A stretch of 34,104 bases of DNA from a virus (lineage: Duplodnaviria; Caudoviricetes), in IMG/VR virus record IMGVR_UViG_3300043447_000197, positions 1 to 34,104 of that record; one strand, written 5' to 3'. Shown here one piece after another: positions 1-9,250 of the stretch (its first letter is position 1; each line of letters begins with the position of its first letter). A program made the translations under genes and the position numbers. The notes below the pieces were generated by a model, which had not been told where the DNA came from, made no database searches, and worked only from the letters and a program-made list of their open reading frames with translations.

Positions 1-48
1 CAACAGACTCTGACTCTGTTTGTTTTGGTTCGAATCCAGATCTGGGAG
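1..48 (+). tRNA. tRNA-Gln(CUG), 5' truncated by window edge
   Basis: Anticodon arm ACAGA-CTCTGAC-TCTGT (3-19); T arm TTTGG-TTCGAAT-CCAGA (24-40). Confidence 0.85.
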
Positions 49-53
49 CACAT

Positions 54-124
54 TTTCCCTTAGTGTAACGGCAACACATCTGACTTTGACTCAGATATTC
101 CTGGTTCGAATCCAGGGGGGAAAG
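54..124 (+). tRNA. tRNA-Gln(UUG)
   Basis: Full cloverleaf: acceptor TTTCCCT/GGGGAAA, D arm GTGT/ACAC, anticodon arm TCTGA-CTTTGAC-TCAGA, T arm CCTGG-TTCGAAT-CCAGG. Confidence 0.93.
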
Positions 125-141
125 CAAGATGAAATGATTAA

Positions 142-150
142 TGCTATAAT
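142..150 (+). promoter_or_regulatory. Extended -10 promoter element TGCTATAAT
   Basis: TGnTATAAT upstream of RBS-like GAAAGG and ATG 171. Confidence 0.6.
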
Positions 151-170
151 ATATTAGAAAGGTTTGGATA

Positions 171-842
171 ATGGAAAAGCCTCCGATAACTACGATCGAT
201 ATTGATCATTTTGATATTTGGTATAACACCAAAGATCCAAATTTTACACACCTATGTAGACAATCTAACATTCCAGATAGGTGGATGTCCTACCAGAAGG
301 TATTATCTGGACAAAACAAAGACTCAATCATCAAGCCAATTAATAGGTATGTAGAAAGACTTGTGCCACCACCAAAACTAATTAGTATTAAAGATAATAT
401 TGTTAGACTTCGGCAGGGCAACCATGCAGAGATGTTCTTGCTAGAAAAAGAAGATGGCGAATTCTATAACGTTGATCGCCCATGGCAAAGACAGTACTAC
501 AATACAGCATTAGATTTGCAAGCAGAAAACTGCTTTCCTGGAACATTTAAATTTTATGTGCCATGGTTTATTGATGAAAACGTACACGTATACTTTTATC
601 AAGCAGAAGAAGGGTCTCCATTTGTAACGTATAATACAATGGCCCCATACCATAAGGTGCCAGAAGATTCACTATACGTTGAGCCACACTTTGTTCCTTT
701 TAAATTTAAGAGGGTTGGCCCTCATATGATTGATGATAAGTTTGGGAAAATACCAAAGCAGTCTGGAATGTATGACATGGTCTTCTATGCAGATGATATA
801 ATAGTAGAAAGAGTAAAGGAATTTTATGACAAACAAGATTGA
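171..842 (+). CDS. Hypothetical protein, possibly a distant paralog of the two downstream DUF6065-like proteins
   Basis: 223-aa ORF with RBS; KFYVPWFI and GKIPKQSG echo the MPFWII and IPQGTP segments of its neighbours. Confidence 0.6.
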   Translation: MEKPPITTIDIDHFDIWYNTKDPNFTHLCRQSNIPDRWMSYQKVLSGQNKDSIIKPINRYVERLVPPPKLISIKDNIVRLRQGNHAEMFLLEKEDGEFYNVDRPWQRQYYNTALDLQAENCFPGTFKFYVPWFIDENVHVYFYQAEEGSPFVTYNTMAPYHKVPEDSLYVEPHFVPFKFKRVGPHMIDDKFGKIPKQSGMYDMVFYADDIIVERVKEFYDKQD

Positions 843-1548
843 GTTTTACCCTCTGAATGATGAGGTAGCAGCATTTGTACCAGAACCATCTCCAGCTTCT
901 AGAAGCTTGCCACAGTGGTATAAAGACACACCTGGATCTATCGATTCTGGAGAGATGATGGCACAGGTTGGACAACCAGCCAGCACTGTGAAGAAGTGCA
1001 TGCCAATATTTGACATGATAACTGCAGGGTACATCCTAAAGCTTCCAATGGATGTTTATGTAGATGCAACTGGAGAGAAGCTATCTTACCAGATTCCAAT
1101 GGCAATGACAAAGTTCAAGGGTGACATGTTTGCTACCCATGAGCGTAGACAGTATGACAAGTACCCATATGGAGATAAGTGGCACCAAGACTTGCTACGC
1201 ATAATGCCATTCTGGATTATCAAGACTCCAAAGGGCTATAGCACAATGATTACTCAGCCTTTCCACGGAGACTCTTCTCCACTATATGCAGTTGCTGGTC
1301 TAGTTGATACTGATGGCTTTGCAACTGATGGACACTTCTCGTTCTGGGTAGAAAAGGGATTCAAGGGTACGATTCCTCAAGGTACTCCAATTGCACAGGT
1401 CATCCCGTTTAAGCGTGATGACTGGGCTATGGAGCTTCGTGACTACGAAGATACCAAGAAGGACATTCTCCCACAAAGATTTAATCTACGTAGTACTTTT
1501 AGCAACGGGTATAAGAATAAGTTCAGAAGTCGTAAAGAGTATAAGTAA
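826..1548 (+). CDS. DUF6065-like (dUTPase-like fold) phage protein
   Basis: Motifs LPQWYK, TVKKCMPIFDMITAGY, TPKGYS, GLVDTD, IPQGTPIAQVIPFKRD. Confidence 0.65.
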   Translation: MTNKIEFYPLNDEVAAFVPEPSPASRSLPQWYKDTPGSIDSGEMMAQVGQPASTVKKCMPIFDMITAGYILKLPMDVYVDATGEKLSYQIPMAMTKFKGDMFATHERRQYDKYPYGDKWHQDLLRIMPFWIIKTPKGYSTMITQPFHGDSSPLYAVAGLVDTDGFATDGHFSFWVEKGFKGTIPQGTPIAQVIPFKRDDWAMELRDYEDTKKDILPQRFNLRSTFSNGYKNKFRSRKEYK

Positions 1549-1550
1549 AC

Positions 1551-2324
1551 ATGGATAAGCCACTGGAAATTACTTTTATTCCAGCAGATAAACAGGATGA
1601 GTCAAATCCGAGACTGTTTCCTCCAGAGCCTGCTGTTAGACATATACCAGAGTGGTATAGGTCTTTAGCACGCCATGATCAGTCAAATGATGACATAACT
1701 CTTAAGCCTGAAAATCACATTGGCACAGATGGTGCCCAAGTGTCAACAAAAATGTGCATGCCATTCTTCGATGCAATTACTGCTGGGTATCAGTACTGCT
1801 TAGAAGATGACCTGTATGTTGATATGGACGAGAGAGGGCATCCAATATTGTCTTGGAAGGGTAGCGTAATGCTAGTTGATACAAGGCCTATATTTGATGT
1901 CCCTCTTCCAGACAACTGTCACCCAATCCACTACGGATGGAGAATGAACTGGTTTTATGAAACACCACCAGGATACTCTGTCTTAATTACACACCCAATG
2001 AACAGGCACGACTTGCCATTCTATACTCTGTCTGGAATAGTTGATGCAGACATTTGGGGTCTTCCAGTATTCACAGCATTCTTCCTGAAGCGTGGATTCC
2101 GTGGTGTGATTCCAAAAGGAACTCCAATCTTCCAGATGATTCCATTTAAGAGAGATAACTGGGAACTCAAGGTTGATAATACACAGGATACTATTGATGA
2201 GCACTGGTTCCGTGGAGAGAATAGACGTTCAATGCTTTACGGCTACTACAAGAAGACTGCATGGAGAAAAAAGATCTTTGGTGTGTTTGGCAAAAGAGAA
2301 AGGTCTGTAGAGCATGACGACTAA
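1551..2324 (+). CDS. DUF6065-like protein, paralog of 826..1548
   Basis: IPEWYR, STKMCMPFFDAITAGY, TPPGYS, GIVDAD, IPKGTPIFQMIPFKRD. Confidence 0.65.
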   Translation: MDKPLEITFIPADKQDESNPRLFPPEPAVRHIPEWYRSLARHDQSNDDITLKPENHIGTDGAQVSTKMCMPFFDAITAGYQYCLEDDLYVDMDERGHPILSWKGSVMLVDTRPIFDVPLPDNCHPIHYGWRMNWFYETPPGYSVLITHPMNRHDLPFYTLSGIVDADIWGLPVFTAFFLKRGFRGVIPKGTPIFQMIPFKRDNWELKVDNTQDTIDEHWFRGENRRSMLYGYYKKTAWRKKIFGVFGKRERSVEHDD

Positions 2325-3180
2325 CAAGCATGTTGCAATATTGATCATTTCATACAAAGACAAGAACCTGCCAGAATTTGTTTCAAATCTTAAAAGCATT
2401 ACCAAGGTTCATCACTCTATTGAAGTGTTTGACCAGCATCCAATAAATCACTCAAAAGAATTTAGTGAAATAGAAGAGTGCTCTTACGATCACCAGAAGT
2501 GGGATGACATTGCTGGACCAACGATTAAGAGAACAGAGAAGATCCATAATCGGATGCACAACGCTACACACATATGCGTGATGACTCCAGACGCTGCATT
2601 GAAGCCAGGCTGGGATGAAAAGCTTGTTGAGATTGTAGATAATGCAAACATTATAATTTCTGGAAATGGTGAGGTTAGCGTATCCCATGGAGACTTGTTC
2701 TCATTAAAGGCAGAGTACAAGATCTCTGACAAGATTAATAAGACACAGTTTGTTGATAAGAATTTTATATTCGCAAGAGCTGAAGCCTTTCAAGAGATAA
2801 GGATGCCAGACTTTTTAAAGTATGCTGGGGAAGATGAGTACTGGACCATATCCTTTATGTCTCAGGGCTATGACATCTATTCTGCATCACAAGATATATA
2901 TGTAGACACTAAGTATAGATCAGTAGAGAACACCTACCATACCTTTTCTTCAGAGCATAACTACAACACTGTCGTTGACTTGTTGCACAAAAATAATATT
3001 AGAGAATATAAGATTATAGAAAAAGCAGTAGATGAGTTTTTTAGTTTTCATGGCCTATCGCCAGATAAGATTAACAAGCTTCCCTACCAGACAAATGATG
3101 TAAACTATAATCCATACAATCTTCAAATGCACGAAGTTGATGCTAGAAGATTTATTGCAGGAACTAAAGCGGTATACTAG
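2314..3180 (+). CDS. Divergent GT-A glycosyltransferase, GT60-like
   Basis: IISYKD start, GWDEKL, FIFARAE and GEDEYWTISFMSQGYDIY align with the GT60 paralogs; DSH replaced by TPD. Confidence 0.55.
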   Translation: MTTNKHVAILIISYKDKNLPEFVSNLKSITKVHHSIEVFDQHPINHSKEFSEIEECSYDHQKWDDIAGPTIKRTEKIHNRMHNATHICVMTPDAALKPGWDEKLVEIVDNANIIISGNGEVSVSHGDLFSLKAEYKISDKINKTQFVDKNFIFARAEAFQEIRMPDFLKYAGEDEYWTISFMSQGYDIYSASQDIYVDTKYRSVENTYHTFSSEHNYNTVVDLLHKNNIREYKIIEKAVDEFFSFHGLSPDKINKLPYQTNDVNYNPYNLQMHEVDARRFIAGTKAVY

Positions 3181-3193
3181 AATAGGATATGAT

Positions 3194-3793
3194 ATGCATA
3201 ATATAAGAGTAGTAAATAACTTTGTTGATCCAGAGGATGCTAAGCTATACATGAAAGAGGCTAAGAATCCTAGTAAGGTAGAGCCAGTTCCAGATTACTA
3301 CAAGGAAAGATTTGGTGGCAGTGCACTTCCGTACAATGAGAACACTAGATACCTTAACAAGAAGTATGGAAGAAAAGCTGCAGAAACCGTAAAAGAGCTT
3401 TATGGCTTTGTCAATCCAGTCTATGTCTATAAGGTTTTTATGAACCACACAACAACAGCTGGGTATGTCGGACCAATACACACTGACTCCGTTAACCCAG
3501 AGCCATGGATTGAATGGAGTGCGGTTATATACCTAGACGATGACTTTGAGGGTGCAAAGCTTCATTTCCCTAATCAAGCATTTGTGTATGACCCAGTTCC
3601 ACTAGAAGCTGTGTTCTTTCCTAGCTCTGGATCAGAACACATGCACGGCATATCTGAGCTAAAGTCTGGAGAGCGATTCTCTGTTGTTGTTTGTCTAACT
3701 AGCCAACCATGGAATGCTGATCCAGACATGCTTGAACCAACTGATGAGTTGTACTATCAGGCAACGCTATATGATATGGAGGAGAACTCATGA
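3194..3793 (+). CDS. 2OG-Fe(II) oxygenase, prolyl 4-hydroxylase-like
   Basis: HTD...SAVIYL...FFPS...HG...GERF; start moved to ATG 3194 after AGGA. Confidence 0.85.
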   Translation: MHNIRVVNNFVDPEDAKLYMKEAKNPSKVEPVPDYYKERFGGSALPYNENTRYLNKKYGRKAAETVKELYGFVNPVYVYKVFMNHTTTAGYVGPIHTDSVNPEPWIEWSAVIYLDDDFEGAKLHFPNQAFVYDPVPLEAVFFPSSGSEHMHGISELKSGERFSVVVCLTSQPWNADPDMLEPTDELYYQATLYDMEENS

Positions 3794-4440
3794 AGCGTGA
3801 GATACTAGATCTTGGTCTTGTTTATTACACAGATGTTATCAAGAATCCAAACCAGGTAGTTGATGAGATAGAATCATTGATGGCTAGGATTGCTTCTGGT
3901 GAGCATGGTGATAATAACATCCAAGCAGAAGACTGGGACCCATGGTGGGATAGCCACATGGATAAGCCATTCAACTATCGTAAACCAATCTTTAGGGAGT
4001 CTTCAGTGTCTCCATCTGGATACTATGCAAAAGAATTAACTAGCATAGCACAGTCAATTTATGGAGGACTTGATCAAGCTTTTGAGCATTACTCAACTGT
4101 TCTTTACCCATTTGCTAAGCAAAATATTAAATCAGAAGAGCCTGGTGATGGCATACTTAAGTATGTTGACAGTGGCCATCTGCCTGCACACCACGACCAC
4201 GGAATTAGTAGTCGTGTGCTTTCTGCAGTAATATATCTGAATGATAGTTATGATGGTGGAGAAATTGAGTTTGCCCAGTCTGGCGTAAAGATTAAGCCAG
4301 AAGCAGGAAGCGTAATATTCTTCCCATCAAACTTCCTATACATCCATGAAGTCATGGCAGTCTCAAATGGGACTAGGTATGCGATACCACACTGGTATCA
4401 CAACATGAAGACACCAATACTATCCAATGGCAGCGTGTAA
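3790..4440 (+). CDS. 2OG-Fe(II) oxygenase, prolyl 4-hydroxylase-like
   Basis: HHD...LSAVIYLNDSYDGGEIEF...IFFPS...HEV...GTRY. Confidence 0.9.
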   Translation: MKREILDLGLVYYTDVIKNPNQVVDEIESLMARIASGEHGDNNIQAEDWDPWWDSHMDKPFNYRKPIFRESSVSPSGYYAKELTSIAQSIYGGLDQAFEHYSTVLYPFAKQNIKSEEPGDGILKYVDSGHLPAHHDHGISSRVLSAVIYLNDSYDGGEIEFAQSGVKIKPEAGSVIFFPSNFLYIHEVMAVSNGTRYAIPHWYHNMKTPILSNGSV

Positions 4441-4441
4441 A

Positions 4442-4528
4442 ATGAAAAAGATTATTGATGAGATCAAGTTTCGTATATGGAAGTTGAAGAACCGCAAGAA
4501 GCTGAAGAAGAAAGATTATATATACTAA
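4442..4528 (+). CDS. 28-aa lysine-rich peptide MKKIIDEIKFRIWKLKNRKKLKKKDYIY (not in ORF track)
   Basis: Fills the gap between stop 4440 and ATG 4530 exactly, with 1-nt spacers on both sides. Confidence 0.65.
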   Translation: MKKIIDEIKFRIWKLKNRKKLKKKDYIY

Positions 4529-4529
4529 C

Positions 4530-5426
4530 ATGGACCACAGCAATCGTGTAAATTTTGGACATATCGTTAATGGTAATTTGATGCCATTTTCTAGAGAATT
4601 CACTAATAGTGGATGGAGAAAAACAGGTCCTGGCCCAGGCATTGGAGACCACGACTGGTACGACAAGATAGATCTAAACATAAACTCAAATGGGTTTAGG
4701 TGTGATGATTTTGTTGAAAAGGGCAAGCATGACGGTGAGCATATCCTTTTCGCTGGATGCTCTGTTACATGGGGTGATGCCCTAGTACAAAAAGATACCT
4801 GGCCTTCAATGGTATACGATAGGATATCTGCACATAAGAAGACTAGTGGATTCTTTAACATAGGATTTCCTGGGATGAGTATTATCCAACAAATATTTTG
4901 GATTATGAAATATGCAAAGACCTTTGGTAATCCAGATACTATATTTTTCTTAATGCCAAATCCTGGAAGATTTGTTAGCGTTGGATACATTGGCGGTAGT
5001 GGTGAAGAAGAGCTGGGAAGCTCCCTCATGGAGACTGACAATGAAAGAGGAGACCCAGGATCACTTCTATTGGCATCATACATTACGTTTGAATGCTACT
5101 CAATGCTAGAAGATTTCTGTAAGGCAAGTGGCATAAGACTAATATCGTCAACGTGGTCTTACGGATCAGAAAGTGACGCATTGCGTGACCATAGAGTTAT
5201 TGGAAAAACTTCTCCACTTTTTGAGGGAAAGTTTGACACATTCTTTAATCCTCTTGAAAATGGAGTAGATCCAAACAGATTTATTTATGAATATACAAAT
5301 GAACATCCAGAAGCTACAATAAAAGCATTAGATAACATGCACCCTGGATCAGCAGAGCATGCATACTTTGCAACAAGAATGTTAGATTGGTATCGTGAAA
5401 TAACAAATGAAGATATTAGGTTTTAA
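4530..5426 (+). CDS. SGNH/GDSL-fold hydrolase or acyltransferase-like protein
   Basis: ILFAGCSVTWG block I, NIGFPG block II, C-terminal DNMHPG. Confidence 0.75.
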   Translation: MDHSNRVNFGHIVNGNLMPFSREFTNSGWRKTGPGPGIGDHDWYDKIDLNINSNGFRCDDFVEKGKHDGEHILFAGCSVTWGDALVQKDTWPSMVYDRISAHKKTSGFFNIGFPGMSIIQQIFWIMKYAKTFGNPDTIFFLMPNPGRFVSVGYIGGSGEEELGSSLMETDNERGDPGSLLLASYITFECYSMLEDFCKASGIRLISSTWSYGSESDALRDHRVIGKTSPLFEGKFDTFFNPLENGVDPNRFIYEYTNEHPEATIKALDNMHPGSAEHAYFATRMLDWYREITNEDIRF

Positions 5427-6825
5427 CGAGACTTCCCACGATGCTGCTGTAGCAGTAATTGATGGGGATAAGATATTGTTTGCAGGTCATGCAGAAAGAT
5501 ATAGCAAGATAAAGAATGACTGGTATACAAATCCTGAACTTTGGAATGATGCCACCAAGCAAGGGGAGCCAGATGCTATCGCATACTATGAAAAGCCATG
5601 GCTAAAAAAGATTAGGCTATCCCTACGTGGTGGTGCTGCAGACTGGAAACCACTTAACAGATACGATGTTTCATTTAAGCATCACTATTCCCATGCATGT
5701 GCAGGATACTACACTAGTCCATTTAACAAGGCAGCCATAGTTGTACTTGATGCAATGGGAGAGTTTGCCACATCCACTGTTTGGGCTGGAGATGGAGAGG
5801 ATATAAAGCTGGTCAAAGAAGTTAAGTATCCACTAAGCTTTGGCCTTTTCTATACTGCATTTACCAAGCTGATAGGATTAAAGCCAAATGAGCATGAGTA
5901 TATTCTTATGGGAATGGCAGGGTACGGAGATCCAAGAACCTACTATGAAGATGTAGCGTCATACTTTCCAAGCATAACTAGACAGAAGTATAACTACCAT
6001 AAGGGAATAGTAGACTGGCCATACAATATTCTTAAAGAGCAGGATAAATTTGATATCGCTGCAGCAGTTCAGTTTGTATATGAAGAAAGATTGATTGAGT
6101 TTATGTCTCAGGTCAGAGAGTCTCTGCCTGAATACAAGAACCTTGTTTTTATGGGTGGCTGTGCACTTAATGCTTCAGCAAATACGAAGCTCTGGAGATT
6201 CTTTGACGACATCTGGATCATGCCAAATCCAGGAGATGCAGGTAGCTCACTTGGAGCTGCCCTAGCACTTCGTAAGGAACATGTTAAATGGGATGGACCA
6301 TACCTTGGGTATGACTTGGGTAATGAGTACCCAGTTGATAAAGTATTTGAAGAGCTGATGACTAACAAGATCTGTGCTGTTGCTGCTGGTAGAGCAGAGT
6401 TTGGTCCAAGGGCACTGGGTAACAGAAGCATCCTGGCTGACCCAAGAGATCCAGAGATTAAAGATAAAGTTAACATGATTAAACAAAGAGAATTGTTTAG
6501 ACCTTTTGCACCAGTAATCATGGCTGAACACGCCTCTGAGTGGTTTGATATGGACTATGAATCACCGTACATGCAATATACTCCAAGATGTCTAAAGCCA
6601 GACCTTGTGCCATCAGTGGTTCATGTTGACGGAACTTCAAGGGTGCAGACAGTAACTAGGGAACAACACCCTGGCCTATATGCAGTACTTGAAAAATTTT
6701 ATAAGGCAACTGGAGTTCCACTGCTACTAAATACAAGCCTTAACGTTAAGGGGCAGCCACTACTTAATGATCAGAATGATATTGAAGAATGGGAGAAAAC
6801 TTACAATCATCGCATTGTGATATAA
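5407..6825 (+). CDS. Carbamoyltransferase (NodU/CmcH family)
   Basis: SHDAAVA, ERYSKIKND, HHYSHA, MGMAGYG, GGCALN, GDAGSSLGA, EFGPRALGNRS, FRPFAP, HVDGTSRVQ, LLNTSLN. Confidence 0.95.
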   Translation: MKILGFNETSHDAAVAVIDGDKILFAGHAERYSKIKNDWYTNPELWNDATKQGEPDAIAYYEKPWLKKIRLSLRGGAADWKPLNRYDVSFKHHYSHACAGYYTSPFNKAAIVVLDAMGEFATSTVWAGDGEDIKLVKEVKYPLSFGLFYTAFTKLIGLKPNEHEYILMGMAGYGDPRTYYEDVASYFPSITRQKYNYHKGIVDWPYNILKEQDKFDIAAAVQFVYEERLIEFMSQVRESLPEYKNLVFMGGCALNASANTKLWRFFDDIWIMPNPGDAGSSLGAALALRKEHVKWDGPYLGYDLGNEYPVDKVFEELMTNKICAVAAGRAEFGPRALGNRSILADPRDPEIKDKVNMIKQRELFRPFAPVIMAEHASEWFDMDYESPYMQYTPRCLKPDLVPSVVHVDGTSRVQTVTREQHPGLYAVLEKFYKATGVPLLLNTSLNVKGQPLLNDQNDIEEWEKTYNHRIVI

Positions 6826-6832
6826 TTTAATT

Positions 6833-7786
6833 ATGAAAAATAAAGACAAAACTATCTTCATGACAATCCCTGCCTACAACGATCCACAGCTTATTACAAC
6901 CATTGAGTCAGCACTTGCCAATGCGTTGTATCCAGAGCGTGTGCACTTTTGTATTGGAATGCAATATGATGATGACAAAATGCCAGACGTTTCTAGATTT
7001 ATAAACAATCCTAACTTTACTTTTATTTTCTATGATGTTGAGAAGCGACCAGGTGTCTACTGGATTAGACGTGAGATGGCAGAAAAGCACAATGGTCAGG
7101 ACTACTTCTTGATGGTTGATTCTCACATGATATTTGCAGAGTACTGGGATGCAAAGCTTATCAATGACTACGAAGATCTACGCAGACTGCATGGAGATAG
7201 AACTATCATATCCCAGCCAACTACATTAGATGTTGGCTCAACAATTGACAACAGAACAATTGATGATAGACCTCATTGGCAGATAGACTGGCTCAACAAT
7301 CAGCAAAGCGTTGAAAGAACAATTGTTCCATGGACTACTCAGTACCCTTGGGAGGGTGAGAGATACCAGAGATCTTACTACTCTTGCAGCCACTTCTTCT
7401 TTACTAACAAAGATTATCTTACAGACGTAGGATTCCACCAAACCATTAGGTCATACTCAGAGGAGTATACGATTGCGATCACTTCATACCTATCTGGATG
7501 GGACTACTATGCTTTGCCAGAGACTGTTCGCATAGGACATGACGAGCAGAAGACTGCCAAGGCTATTTACAATAAGGACAGGTATACCCTTGCTGAAGGC
7601 AAGAGATACCAGGCCATCTTTGAAAATGATTATGAGAAGAAAGAGATTGAGAAGTTTGTATTCCTAGACAACTCAGAAATCTTTAAGGTTAAGAATCAAC
7701 GAAGAAGCATAGATGATTTCTATGCAGAGGTTGATGAAAAGCTAAGGGATGCCAGGGAAGCCTTTATAGTAATACTTGGTCTCTGA
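6833..7786 (+). CDS. GT60-family glycosyltransferase (Skp1-hydroxyproline GlcNAc-transferase-like)
   Basis: IFMTIPAYNDP...NALYPERVHFCIGMQ, PGVYWIR, YFLMVDSHMIFAEYWD, SEE...GWDYY; leaderless TATAAT at 6821-6826. Confidence 0.8.
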   Translation: MKNKDKTIFMTIPAYNDPQLITTIESALANALYPERVHFCIGMQYDDDKMPDVSRFINNPNFTFIFYDVEKRPGVYWIRREMAEKHNGQDYFLMVDSHMIFAEYWDAKLINDYEDLRRLHGDRTIISQPTTLDVGSTIDNRTIDDRPHWQIDWLNNQQSVERTIVPWTTQYPWEGERYQRSYYSCSHFFFTNKDYLTDVGFHQTIRSYSEEYTIAITSYLSGWDYYALPETVRIGHDEQKTAKAIYNKDRYTLAEGKRYQAIFENDYEKKEIEKFVFLDNSEIFKVKNQRRSIDDFYAEVDEKLRDAREAFIVILGL

Positions 7787-7828
7787 TACTCTGGTATAAT
7801 TTTATACTGTCGTATAAGGAGGCCAAAG

Positions 7829-8404
7829 ATGGCAGACAAAAACACGGCAGCCCTATTAATTGAGGTTGCGAAGAAGGAACTTGGAACAATTGAGGGTCCA
7901 AAGGATAATGAAACCAAATATGGTAAATTTACAAAGGCGAACTTCCAGCCATGGTGCGGAAGCTTCGTCATGTGGTGCGGATCTGAATCTGGGGTTAAGA
8001 TCCCAAATACAGTTTATACACCAGCAGGGGTAGCCAGCTTCGAAAAGGCTGGCAGTTACTTCCATGCTAAGGATGGACACAAGCCACAGCCAGGAGACAT
8101 CCTGTATTTTGATTTCCCAGAAGATGGGGTAAATAGAGTTTCCCATGTTGGAATATGCATCAAAGACAATAAAGATGGAACATGCGTAACTGTAGAGGGA
8201 AATACGTCTGGGACTGCAAAAGGAGACCAGCGAAATGGCGGAATGGTGGCGGAGAAAGTCCGTGGCTATTCTAAAAACAAAAAAGGTATTCAGATAAGCA
8301 TAGTTGGTTGGGGTAGACCAAACTTTGCTGCATCTTCTAATACAGATAAAACATTCAGTCCTGATGATGTAGATGAGATTATTTGCGACTATCCAGAATC
8401 ATAA
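7829..8404 (+). CDS. CHAP-domain peptidoglycan hydrolase
   Basis: PWCGSFVMWC, PGDILYFD, HVGIC, VEGNT; RBS AAGGAGG. Confidence 0.85.
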   Translation: MADKNTAALLIEVAKKELGTIEGPKDNETKYGKFTKANFQPWCGSFVMWCGSESGVKIPNTVYTPAGVASFEKAGSYFHAKDGHKPQPGDILYFDFPEDGVNRVSHVGICIKDNKDGTCVTVEGNTSGTAKGDQRNGGMVAEKVRGYSKNKKGIQISIVGWGRPNFAASSNTDKTFSPDDVDEIICDYPES

Positions 8405-8439
8405 TGTGTTAGAATATAATTAGATAGAAGGAGGGCCAA

Positions 8440-9210
8440 ATGGCCAATTATCAGTATCCGATTGACGGAGGAAAAAACAAAGGCTGGAAAATCAGCAGCA
8501 AGATGGGTTGGAGAGTTCACCCAGTCCAGAAGACAAAGAAGCACCACAATGGAACAGACATCTTTGGTTTGGGCAAAGGACCTTGGTACGTTGAAGCTTT
8601 CGCTGATGGAAAAGTTCTTAAGGCACAGAAGTCAACTGCAGCAGGTGGTGGCTTTGGCTACTATGTAGTTCTTCTACACAAGATTGATGGCGTATTCTAC
8701 ACATCTCTATATGCACACATGGCAGAAGGATCTTTGCAGGTAAAGCCTGGACAGACAGTTACTGCTGGTACAGTTCTAGGCAAGATGGGTACTACTGGTA
8801 TGTCAACTGGTATTCACCTACACTGGGAAATCTGGAAGGGTAAGGAGCATGGATGGTCTGCAGATGGTAAGGGATTCGTAGAGCCAATTGGCTTTGTTGA
8901 GGCACTTATGGCAGCAGAGAAGGTCAAGGCATCTGCAGATGAGGTAACTCCTTCTGATGCACCTACTCAGCCACTCCCTGCACACTCAGCTATGGCCGAG
9001 GAAAAGCCTAAGCCAGCCGCAAAGCCTGCTGCTAAGCCTGCTGCTAAGCCAGCTGCAAAGCCAGCGGTAAAGGTGTATACTGTTAAGTCTGGAGACACTC
9101 TTGCAGGTATTGCGACAAAGAACAAGACAACAGTTGCCAATCTAGTTAAACTTAATGCTATTAAGGACGCTAACAAGATTGCAGTTGGTCAAAAAATTAA
9201 GCTTGGCTAG
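8440..9210 (+). CDS. M23 peptidase with PAAK-repeat linker and C-terminal LysM (endolysin-like)
   Basis: HNGTD, YAHM, GTTGMSTGIHLHWE; YTVKSGDTL...IAVGQKIKL. Confidence 0.9.
   Translation: MANYQYPIDGGKNKGWKISSKMGWRVHPVQKTKKHHNGTDIFGLGKGPWYVEAFADGKVLKAQKSTAAGGGFGYYVVLLHKIDGVFYTSLYAHMAEGSLQVKPGQTVTAGTVLGKMGTTGMSTGIHLHWEIWKGKEHGWSADGKGFVEPIGFVEALMAAEKVKASADEVTPSDAPTQPLPAHSAMAEEKPKPAAKPAAKPAAKPAAKPAVKVYTVKSGDTLAGIATKNKTTVANLVKLNAIKDANKIAVGQKIKLG
9004..9066 (+). repeat. 12-bp coding tandem repeat encoding (KPAA)n
   Basis: aagcctgctgct units translate to KPKPAAKPAAKPAAKPAAKPA. Confidence 0.85.
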
Positions 9211-9239
9211 TTGACAAGAACTGCACTGGGTGGTATACT
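9211..9239 (+). promoter_or_regulatory. Sigma70/HrdB-type promoter
   Basis: TTGACA-17 bp-TATACT with TG extension. Confidence 0.8.
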
Positions 9240-9250
9240 TAATATAGTAT

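Noticed and set aside
3194-4440. Oxygenases as TET/JBP DNA base hydroxylases
   Set aside because: Motif pattern (SAVIYLN..Y.GGE..F, FFPS, H.V, G.RY) fits the P4H-like clade better; a DNA target is not excluded but is unsupported
4373-5083. 236-aa - strand ORF, and similar antisense ORFs such as 6108..6521, 12091..12489, 23013..23645, 33088..33522
   Set aside because: Shadow frames opposite genes with clear family motifs; no RBS or recognisable motifs
9004-9066. Tandem repeat as possible CRISPR or VNTR
   Set aside because: In-frame 12-bp units with synonymous variation and no spacers; no cas genes or repeat-spacer array seen in the window
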